Below, piece by piece: positions 57,082 through 64,000 of a DNA stretch of 64,000 bases. Origin of the DNA: an uncultured Methanomicrobiales archaeon (GTDB lineage: Archaea; Halobacteriota; Methanomicrobia; Methanomicrobiales; Methanospirillaceae); contig CASGHK010000001.1 in NCBI GenBank assembly GCA_949320185.1, positions 16,397 through 80,396 on the forward strand, written 5' to 3'. The first letter of the stretch is position 1; each line of letters opens with the position of its first letter. The notes under the pieces were generated by a model. That model made no database searches, had not been told where the DNA came from, and saw only the letters and a program-made list of their open reading frames with translations. The translations under genes were made by a program, and so were the position numbers.

Positions 57082-58560
57082 ATGGTTCGAGACGTGGTGC
57101 GGGGTGGACGTCTTTCAGGGGAGCGAGAGGGCGATATCGCCCGATACCTCTCCTCCTCGTGGGCGGACCAGTGGATCGGAGAAGCGGACCTGCTCGTGGA
57201 TATGGCCCACGTGCTGATGCTGAAGGAGCAGGGGATCATCGAAGAGGTTCATGCACGGGCGCTGCTGCAGGGTCTCGTTCGTCTGCATCACGACGGCCTT
57301 CCTGATGCAGTGTACGATCCCGAGTTCGAAGATGTGCACGCCGGGATTGAGACGTATCTCACCGGCATGGTCGGACCGGACGCCGGCGGACGGCTCCATG
57401 TCGGCCGCTCGCGGAACGATGAAGTGGCGACCTGCATGCGCCTGCGCTTGCGGGACGAGCTCCTGGCCCTTATCTTGGAGGTTGTCCAGCTCCGGGAGGT
57501 TCTGCTGGCGGTCGCCTCGACCCACGTGGAGAGCGTGATGCCGGGATTCACGCACCTTCAGCACGCTCAGCCGACGACCCTCGCCCATCATCTCCTCGCC
57601 TACGCCGTCGCCTTCGAACGGGACACCGGTCGCCTTCTGGATGCCTACAGGCGGGTGAACCGGTCACCCCTGGGTGCTGCCGCGTTCGCATCGACGGGCT
57701 ACCCGATCGACCGTGAGTCGACCGCCGCTCGACTCGGGTTCTCAGGATTGCTCGAAAACTCGATGGACGCCGTCTCCGGGAGGGACTTCGCCCTCGAGAG
57801 TCTCGCCGCGGTCACCATCCTGATGACGACGGCCAGCCGTCTCGCCGAGGAACTGGTGATCTGGTCCTCCCAGCTCGTCGGTTTCGTCGATCTGGATGAC
57901 CGCTACTGCTCCACCTCGTCCATCATGCCGCAGAAGAAGAACCCTGATACTCTCGAACTCCTCAGGGCACGTGCAGCATCGGTCTCGGGCGAACTCGCCG
58001 CTGCCCTCGGAATCGTCAAAGGGCTGCCGCAGGCGTATAACCGGGACCTGCAGCAGCTCTCGCCTCACCTGTGGCGGGGGATGGATGAAACCCGTGCTTC
58101 GGTCCGCATCCTCTCGGGGGCGATAGAGTCTGCACGGTTCGTGACGGAACGGATGGCGGCGGAGGCGGGTCGAGGAGGCTCGACCGCGACCGAGATGGCA
58201 GACACCCTCGTCCGGGAGTTCGGCCTTCCTTTCCGGACCGCCCACCACGTGGTCGCCCGGGCGGTCCGGCATGGGCGGCTCGATGCCGCGGGACTCGAGG
58301 AGGCGGCGCACGAAATGGCCGGGATCTCGCTTGCAGAACGGGGGATGGACCAGGCCCGGGTGGAGCAGGCGCTCGATCCTCTCGAGTCGGTCCGCGTCCG
58401 TCGCGTCCCTGGCGGGCCGGCACCGGAGGCGGTGCGGGCGCACCTTGCAGTCCTTTCGTCCCGGGCGGCCCGGGACAGCGAATTCGTGGCGCATGAGAGC
58501 GCTCTGGTCAGGCAAGCGATCGACGGACTGGTCCAGACGGTCCGGGAGGAGATACGGTGA
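57082..58560 (+). CDS. argH: Argininosuccinate lyase
   Basis: Start at M47 of the TTG-initiated tracked ORF, giving 492 aa. GRSRNDEVATCMRL, FTHLQHAQPTT, GSSIMPQKKNPD-type signature (STSSIMPQKKNPD). Confidence 0.9.
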   Translation: MVRDVVRGGRLSGEREGDIARYLSSSWADQWIGEADLLVDMAHVLMLKEQGIIEEVHARALLQGLVRLHHDGLPDAVYDPEFEDVHAGIETYLTGMVGPDAGGRLHVGRSRNDEVATCMRLRLRDELLALILEVVQLREVLLAVASTHVESVMPGFTHLQHAQPTTLAHHLLAYAVAFERDTGRLLDAYRRVNRSPLGAAAFASTGYPIDRESTAARLGFSGLLENSMDAVSGRDFALESLAAVTILMTTASRLAEELVIWSSQLVGFVDLDDRYCSTSSIMPQKKNPDTLELLRARAASVSGELAAALGIVKGLPQAYNRDLQQLSPHLWRGMDETRASVRILSGAIESARFVTERMAAEAGRGGSTATEMADTLVREFGLPFRTAHHVVARAVRHGRLDAAGLEEAAHEMAGISLAERGMDQARVEQALDPLESVRVRRVPGGPAPEAVRAHLAVLSSRAARDSEFVAHESALVRQAIDGLVQTVREEIR

Positions 58561-59795
58561 CAGAGACATTCGCGTCGGGAGACCGGGTTGCCTGCACGAT
58601 CGGCGACACGGAGCTCTCGGGCACATATATTACTGACCGCGACGGCATGCGCGTGGTCAAGCTCGACAGCGGCTACAACATCGGGGTCGATCCGAGCCGG
58701 GTGGCCTTTCTCGAACGGACATCTGGTGGAGACCAGCCTGCCGTGGAGGTGGACCAGGACCCCGCCCTCCCGGAACTCGCGATCATCTCGACAGGGGGGA
58801 CCATCGCGAGCCGGATCGACTACCGCACGGGAGCGGTGACAAGCCAGTTTACGGCCGCCGACATCCTCAGGGCGATCCCCGGGCTTGCCGAGATCGCTCG
58901 TTTTCGGACCCAGATCCTGGCAACAATCCTCTCCGAGAACATGACGCCGGCCCTCTGGCAGCAGCTGGCCCGGGCGGTCCACGACGCGATCGCGGACGGG
59001 GCCGCTGGCGTCATCGTGACCCATGGGACCGACACGATGTCGTACTCGGCTGCGGCACTCGCATTCATGCTCCAGTCTCCCGTTCCCGTCATCTTCGTCG
59101 GTTCGCAGCGGTCTGCGGACCGCCCCAGCTCAGACAACGTGATGAACGGCATCTGTGCCGCTGCAACCGCCGTCTCGGAACTGGGCGAGGTTGCTGTCGT
59201 GATGCACGAATCCCCTTCGGACGACCGCTGCGCCATCCACCGGGCGACCCGGGTTCGAAAACTGCACACCTCGCGGCGAGACGCCTTCCGGTCGGTGGAG
59301 TCCGCCCCGATCGGGTATGTAGAGTATCCAGCCCGGACCGTCACGCTCGAACCCGATGCCGTCCAGAGGGGGACCAGGCCCCTCATCCTCGACGACCGGC
59401 TCGAACCACGGTGTGGACTGGTGCAGTTCTACCCCGGCATGGACCCGGTCCTTTTCGATGCCTTCTCCGGGTATTCCGGGCTGGTGGTCGCCGGCACCGG
59501 TCTCGGTCACGTCTCTTCCGCCTGCATCGAACGGCTCGGAGCACTCGTTGACGCTGGTACCGTGGTCGTCATGACCTCGCAATGCCTCTACGGACGGGTC
59601 TGTGACCGGGTCTACGACACGGGACGCGACCTCCTCACCGCGGGAGTTATCGAGGGGGCGACCATGCTCCCCGAGGTGGCGCTCGTCAAGTTGATGTGCG
59701 TACTCGGTCGTACACGGGATCGCGACGAGGTGCAGCGGTTGATGCAGACCGACCTCGCTGGTGAGGTCCTCGGGAGGTCGCCGCATGGACTCTGA
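58557..59795 (+). CDS. gatD: Glu-tRNA(Gln) amidotransferase subunit D
   Basis: GTG start overlapping the argH stop (GTGA). Asparaginase-like core ISTGGTIASRIDYRTGAV, THGTDTM. Confidence 0.9.
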   Translation: MTETFASGDRVACTIGDTELSGTYITDRDGMRVVKLDSGYNIGVDPSRVAFLERTSGGDQPAVEVDQDPALPELAIISTGGTIASRIDYRTGAVTSQFTAADILRAIPGLAEIARFRTQILATILSENMTPALWQQLARAVHDAIADGAAGVIVTHGTDTMSYSAAALAFMLQSPVPVIFVGSQRSADRPSSDNVMNGICAAATAVSELGEVAVVMHESPSDDRCAIHRATRVRKLHTSRRDAFRSVESAPIGYVEYPARTVTLEPDAVQRGTRPLILDDRLEPRCGLVQFYPGMDPVLFDAFSGYSGLVVAGTGLGHVSSACIERLGALVDAGTVVVMTSQCLYGRVCDRVYDTGRDLLTAGVIEGATMLPEVALVKLMCVLGRTRDRDEVQRLMQTDLAGEVLGRSPHGL

Positions 59796-61617
59796 ACAGG
59801 TCGGTCTCGTCGCGGGTCTGGAGATCCACCAGCAGCTCGACACGGCATGCAAGCTCTTCTGTGGCTGCCCTACCCGGATCCGGCCGGTGGAAGAGCACAA
59901 CGGGGAGTTCTATCGCTACCTGCGAGCAACGGTCTCCGAGCTCGGTACAATCGACCGGGCCGCTGAAGAGGAGATGAAGCACATCCGGCGGTTCCGGTAC
60001 CTTGCGTATGACTCGACCTGCCTTGTCGAGAACGACGACGAACCCCCGTCACCTCTGAACGAAGAGGCCCTTGAGATCACCCTGGAGATCGCGAAGACCT
60101 TTGAGATGACCCCGATCGAACAGGTCCACGTGATGCGGAAACTCGTCATCGACGGGTCGAATACGAGCGGGTTTCAGCGAACCGGGCTCGTCGCCGTCGG
60201 CGGGACGCTCCCGAACGGGGGACGGGTGGAGTCGATCTGCCTGGAGGAGGAGGCAGCTCAGAGGGTCGAGGATGCCTGCTTCTCGCTCGACCGCCTCGGT
60301 ATTCCCCTCGTTGAGATTACGACCTCTCCATGCCTTCACACGCCCGAGGAGGTGCAGGAGACCGCGGCGTTCATCGGGATGGTCCTCCGGTCGACCGGAC
60401 GGGTGAAGCGCGGGATCGGCACCATACGCCAGGACCTCAACGTCTCGATCCGGGGTGGTGCCAGGGTGGAGATCAAGGGCGTCCAGGAGCTCGACCTGAT
60501 CGCCGAGGTCGTCCGCCGCGAGGTCCGACGCCAGCAGGAACTCCTCGCGATCCGGGAGGAACTGCTCGCCCGGGGGGCAGCGGTTGACGAACAGCCGGTC
60601 GAGGTGACCCGTCTCTTTGAAAAGACGGGCTCGTCGATCCTGAAGCGGGCGAAGGTGATCCTCGGCATCCGGCTGCGGGGCTTTGCCGGGCTGGTCGGAC
60701 GGGAAATCCAGCCAGGTCGACGGCTCGGTTCAGAGATCTCGGACTACGCAAAACGGTGCGGGGTCGGGGGGATCTTTCACACCGACGAGCTGCCGGCCTA
60801 CGGCGTGACCGCCGACGAGGTGGCGGCGCTCCGCGCGATGCTCGATGCTGAAGAACAGGACGCGGTCGTTCTCGTGGCAGCAGATCGGAAGAAGGCCCTC
60901 TGTGCCGTTCAGCAGATCGTTCGGAGGGCCAGTCTCGCGCTCGAAGGCGTGCCCGAAGAGACCCGGCGCATGCTCGAGGGCGGTTCGAGTGCGTACATGC
61001 GCCCCCTCCCAGGAGCGGCGCGGATGTACCCCGAGACCGACATCCTGCCCGTCTCTATCTCACCGGAGCGGTGGGGGTCTATCTCGGCGCCCGAACTTCT
61101 CGTTGATCGGGCGAGACGGTACGTCGCCGAGTACAGCCTCTCCGCTGCGACTGCGGACCAGCTGGTCCACTCCAGCTCGCTCTCGCTCTTTGACCGGGCG
61201 GTGGCTGCCGGCGTCCAGCCAGGTCTCGCGGCACGGACCGTGCTTGCAACGTTGAAAGAACTCTCCCGCGACGGCGTGGCGCTGGACGGGATCGGAGACG
61301 ACAGGATCATCGCCGTCCTCGGGGCCGTCCAGGAAGGACGTGCGGCAAAAGAGGCAGTTCCCGATCTGCTCCGGGCTGTCGCCGGGGGGGCGCCAGTCGA
61401 CGACGCGGTTGCATCCTTCGCTCCGGCAGTGGACGCTGACGAACTCGAGGTCCTGGTCGACCAGATCGTCCAGGAGCGGATCGCCTTCGTGGAGGAGCGC
61501 AGGATGGGGGCACTCGGTCCGCTGATGGGTGTCGTGATGGCCGAGGTCAGGGGTTCGGTCGATGGTAAGCGCATCTCCGAACTGCTTCGAAAGGCGATAA
61601 CGAAGGCGCTCGGATGA
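59785..61617 (+). CDS. gatE: Glu-tRNA(Gln) amidotransferase subunit E
   Basis: Start at M9 of the tracked ORF (MDSEQVGLVAGLEIHQQLDT..KLFCGC). VIDGSNTSGFQRT, LEEEAA, and a C-terminal YqeY-like tail. Overlaps gatD by 11 nt. Confidence 0.9.
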   Translation: MDSEQVGLVAGLEIHQQLDTACKLFCGCPTRIRPVEEHNGEFYRYLRATVSELGTIDRAAEEEMKHIRRFRYLAYDSTCLVENDDEPPSPLNEEALEITLEIAKTFEMTPIEQVHVMRKLVIDGSNTSGFQRTGLVAVGGTLPNGGRVESICLEEEAAQRVEDACFSLDRLGIPLVEITTSPCLHTPEEVQETAAFIGMVLRSTGRVKRGIGTIRQDLNVSIRGGARVEIKGVQELDLIAEVVRREVRRQQELLAIREELLARGAAVDEQPVEVTRLFEKTGSSILKRAKVILGIRLRGFAGLVGREIQPGRRLGSEISDYAKRCGVGGIFHTDELPAYGVTADEVAALRAMLDAEEQDAVVLVAADRKKALCAVQQIVRRASLALEGVPEETRRMLEGGSSAYMRPLPGAARMYPETDILPVSISPERWGSISAPELLVDRARRYVAEYSLSAATADQLVHSSSLSLFDRAVAAGVQPGLAARTVLATLKELSRDGVALDGIGDDRIIAVLGAVQEGRAAKEAVPDLLRAVAGGAPVDDAVASFAPAVDADELEVLVDQIVQERIAFVEERRMGALGPLMGVVMAEVRGSVDGKRISELLRKAITKALG

Positions 61618-61666
61618 CGGGTACCTTTATCCGGCTGAGCACGCAATAGATAAAGGAGTTCGATTC

Positions 61667-61987
61667 ATGGGAAAGACAGGCACGACCCAGTGGGTCCAGA
61701 TCAAGGGGGCAAAGGGGCAGCTCCGGCTCGTCCCGGCCAAGGAGGGCTCATTCAAGAAGCCAGGCCCGAACCAGCGGTTTAAAACCGGCATCAACCTCAA
61801 GAAGCTCGATGCCGCCGCCGATGCCCGCGGTGGACAGCGCCGTGGAGGTCGAGGCGGACGAGGCGGACGTGGCGGTTCCCGTGGGGGGCGCGGACGGCCC
61901 GGTGAGGGCGAGGAGACCCTGGTGCGGTGCCGCGTCCAGCGCGCGAAGGTATCGGTCGTCGGCGCGAAGGCACGTGCAGGGCGCTAA
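61667..61987 (+). CDS. Small basic protein with C-terminal RGG/GAR-like repeat
   Basis: AAGGAG lies 9 nt upstream of the ATG. High third-position GC as in neighbouring genes. Lys-rich N-terminus (MGKTGTTQWVQIKGAKGQLRLVPAKEGSFKKPGPNQRFKTG) followed by ARGGQRRGGRGGRGGRGGSRGGRGRPG. Confidence 0.6.
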   Translation: MGKTGTTQWVQIKGAKGQLRLVPAKEGSFKKPGPNQRFKTGINLKKLDAAADARGGQRRGGRGGRGGRGGSRGGRGRPGEGEETLVRCRVQRAKVSVVGAKARAGR

Positions 61988-62018
61988 CCAACCTTTTTTT
62001 ACTGATCCTCGCATCCTA

Positions 62019-62381
62019 ATGGGCATGGACCTGAAAGTTGCCCTCACGTCGTACACGGCGGCCGAGCACCTGAAGAACTCACTGATCACCGTCTCCCAGC
62101 TCCTCGCATCCGTCTCCTCGTATCCTGAGAGCGAACGCCCCGGAGCGGCCCGAATGCTCACACACCTGCTCGGAGCCGTTCGCGGAGACGCCCAGCGCGC
62201 CCACCAGGTGACCGGGGAGGTGCCGTTTCAGCGAGCAACCGAGAACCTCTCTGAGGCGATCAGCCTGACCGAGAGCAGGGAGTTCGAGCAGGCGGCCGAA
62301 CGGGTCGGAAGGGCGATCTCTCAGACGACCACCGTTGCACAGGGCGCCTGGGGGCAGCTCACCTCACATGGACTTGTCTGA
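62019..62381 (+). CDS. Hypothetical helical protein (120 aa)
   Basis: ATG at M71 of the tracked ORF. Same strand, with tight spacing (14-nt overlap with the next gene). No recognisable motif. Confidence 0.45.
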   Translation: MGMDLKVALTSYTAAEHLKNSLITVSQLLASVSSYPESERPGAARMLTHLLGAVRGDAQRAHQVTGEVPFQRATENLSEAISLTESREFEQAAERVGRAISQTTTVAQGAWGQLTSHGLV

Positions 62382-62895
62382 GTTCCACGGATTCCTTTCG
62401 AACCGGACTTCGATCCGGTCGTACACTGGAGAAGAGGTCGAACCGGAGGCCATCGCGTTCATCCTCTCCTGCGCTTCGACCGCGCCCAGCGCGGGAAATC
62501 TCGAATCGTGGGACGTGGTGATAGTCACCGACCCTGATCGGCGGAGCCAGCTGGCAGAGGCGGCGCTGGACCAGGTCCATGTCGCTGAGGCACCGGTCGT
62601 CCTGGTCGTCTGTGCCAACTACGTCCGCTCCATGTCCCGGTATGGGGACCGTGGGATTCTCTACGCCCTCTGTGATGCCTCCATCGCGGCCACATACATG
62701 ATGCTCGCCGCTCATTCGTCCGGTCTCGGAACGTGCTGGACCGGGGCTTTTGACGATGAAGAGGTCCGCTCGGTCCTCGACCTCCCCCAGCACATCCGGC
62801 CGGTCGTCCTCCTGACGGTTGGACCCGGCGAGCAGACAAGCGGCCTCACCGCACGCCTCCCGGTCGAGGAGCACGTTCATCTCGAATCCTGGTAG
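62368..62895 (+). CDS. Nitroreductase-family flavoprotein
   Basis: Start at M12 of the tracked ORF. RTSIRSYTGEEV, APSAGNLESW, GLGTCWTGAFD. Confidence 0.85.
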   Translation: MDLSEFHGFLSNRTSIRSYTGEEVEPEAIAFILSCASTAPSAGNLESWDVVIVTDPDRRSQLAEAALDQVHVAEAPVVLVVCANYVRSMSRYGDRGILYALCDASIAATYMMLAAHSSGLGTCWTGAFDDEEVRSVLDLPQHIRPVVLLTVGPGEQTSGLTARLPVEEHVHLESW

Positions 62896-62901
62896 GACCC
62901 A

Positions 62902-63384
62902 ATGACAGACTACGTAATCACGATGGAGTCGGCGTGGATCGTCCATGATGTCCGGTCGCTCGACGATGCCATATCGATCGCGATCGGAGAGGCCGGAAAG
63001 CGCCTCAACCCGACGGCGAAGTATGTCGAGATCGAGACCGGGCTGATGGGCTGTCCATACTGCGACGAGTCACTCAACTGTGCGCTGGTCGTGGCGAACA
63101 CCGGCCTTGTCGGGCTGGTGCTGGAGATGAAGGTCTTCAAGGCTGAGTCCGAGGAGCACGCCCAGCGCATCGCGAAGTCGGTGATCGGCAAGGCCCTGCG
63201 GGACATCCCGCTCACGGTTCTCGAGACGCGGGTGATCGCCGAGTCCCGGTCAAAGTCCGAGGAGCGAATTGAACCCAGGGGCCCCCGTGCCCCATCCTCG
63301 AAGAGTGAGGGGCGGCCTGAAACCAAACGAAACCGCCCCGGCACCCCGAGGACGGGTACGAAGGCCCACCCACGACGACGATGA
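62902..63384 (+). CDS. UPF0212 (DUF555) family protein with basic C-terminal extension
   Basis: [37 protein letters not shown]...GCPYCDE...[17 protein letters not shown] matches the archaeal UPF0212 pattern. The last ~45 aa are Arg/Lys/Pro/Ser-rich. Confidence 0.75.
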   Translation: MTDYVITMESAWIVHDVRSLDDAISIAIGEAGKRLNPTAKYVEIETGLMGCPYCDESLNCALVVANTGLVGLVLEMKVFKAESEEHAQRIAKSVIGKALRDIPLTVLETRVIAESRSKSEERIEPRGPRAPSSKSEGRPETKRNRPGTPRTGTKAHPRRR

Positions 63385-64000
63385 CCCGTGTCATCACGGT
63401 CGTCGGTCATACGGCCGTCGACCATATCAGCCGGGTAACCGCCCTCCCCGGACCGAACGGATCGACCTCGATCACCGACCGACAGATCCTCTTTGGAGGT
63501 GGAGCGGCGAACATTGCAGCCGGCATTGCTCGCCTGGGAGGCGATGCCGAACTTCTCTCGGCGGTCGGGGGCGACTTCGCCGGTTCGGCGTATGACCGGT
63601 GGCTCGGGGATCTCGGTGTCCGGCCCCGGTTCTATGTCGTCGAGGAGGCCCACACTGCCACGGCATTCATGTTCACTGATGAGACCAGCGGTGCCCAGAT
63701 GACCTTCTTTGAGTGGGGGGCCTCGGTCGCCTTTTCACGAGAGGAGGCGCCAGCACTGGACTTCGTCCACATGGCAACGGCCGATCCATCCTTCAACCGG
63801 GGGGTGGCGGAGAGGGCACGGTTCGCCTCGTTCGATCCGGGCCAGGACCTGCACCGGTACTCGGCGGAGGACCTGGATTCGATCCTTGATCACATCGATC
63901 TCCTGTTCGCCAACCAGCACGAAGTGGCAGGGATGTGCGCGCTCCTCGGGCTCTCCCGCGACGAGCTGATCGCGCGGGTGCCGACCGCAGTCTTCACCGA
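63381..64000 (+). CDS. PfkB-family carbohydrate/nucleoside kinase (3' end outside window)
   Basis: ATG overlaps the preceding stop (ATGA). The frame stays open to the window end, so it is absent from the ORF track. [16 protein letters not shown]...[19 protein letters not shown]..., FDPGQDL. Confidence 0.8.
   Translation, partial: MTRVITVVGHTAVDHISRVTALPGPNGSTSITDRQILFGGGAANIAAGIARLGGDAELLSAVGGDFAGSAYDRWLGDLGVRPRFYVVEEAHTATAFMFTDETSGAQMTFFEWGASVAFSREEAPALDFVHMATADPSFNRGVAERARFASFDPGQDLHRYSAEDLDSILDHIDLLFANQHEVAGMCALLGLSRDELIARVPTAVFT

Overview
High-GC, densely coding archaeal chromosome segment. The gene content (Fae-Hps fusion, GatD/GatE, aSUI1, L10e, Hef, UPF0147/0148/0212 families, intron-bearing tRNA-Trp, TATA-type promoters close to start codons) suggests a methanogen of the Methanomicrobiales type; this is inference, since no database search was possible. 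I call about 60 protein genes, one tRNA whose intron is a box C/D guide RNA, and two clear pseudogenes. There is no rRNA and no CRISPR array. Most genes are housekeeping: hom, cobQ, aSUI1, two-domain PPK2, chorismate mutase, glyS, hef, gyrB-gyrA, a CbiM/O/Q-type ECF transporter, a geranylgeranyl reductase, a DEAD-box helicase, a RecJ-like DHH nuclease, L10e, a NitT/TauT-type ABC transporter, argH and gatDE. The items worth a second look are: (1) a PPDK-like enzyme at 33.1-36.6 kb that lacks the PEP/pyruvate domain and is translationally coupled to a 646-aa uncharacterised protein with a DUF47/PhoU-like tail; (2) two tandem, mosaic NHL-repeat surface proteins with dockerin-like C-termini (16.9-19.5 kb), plus a cohesin-like membrane-anchored protein at 49.5 kb; (3) a heavily decayed phage/plasmid primase-helicase gene with a nearby tRNA-like minihelix (19.5-20.8 kb); (4) an ArsR-flavodoxin fusion with a promoter-proximal palindrome, heading a radical SAM / MDR reductase / flavodoxin cluster (21.0-24.7 kb); (5) a YjbQ gene with two compensating frameshifts; (6) an aldolase / phosphorylase / deaminase cluster that may salvage SAM by-products; (7) a wHTH plus TiaS-like fusion protein; (8) a small protein with an RGG tail. 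Internal start coordinates were derived by counting residues in the supplied ORF track, which translates GTG and TTG starts as M. Functional calls rest on motif recognition by eye.
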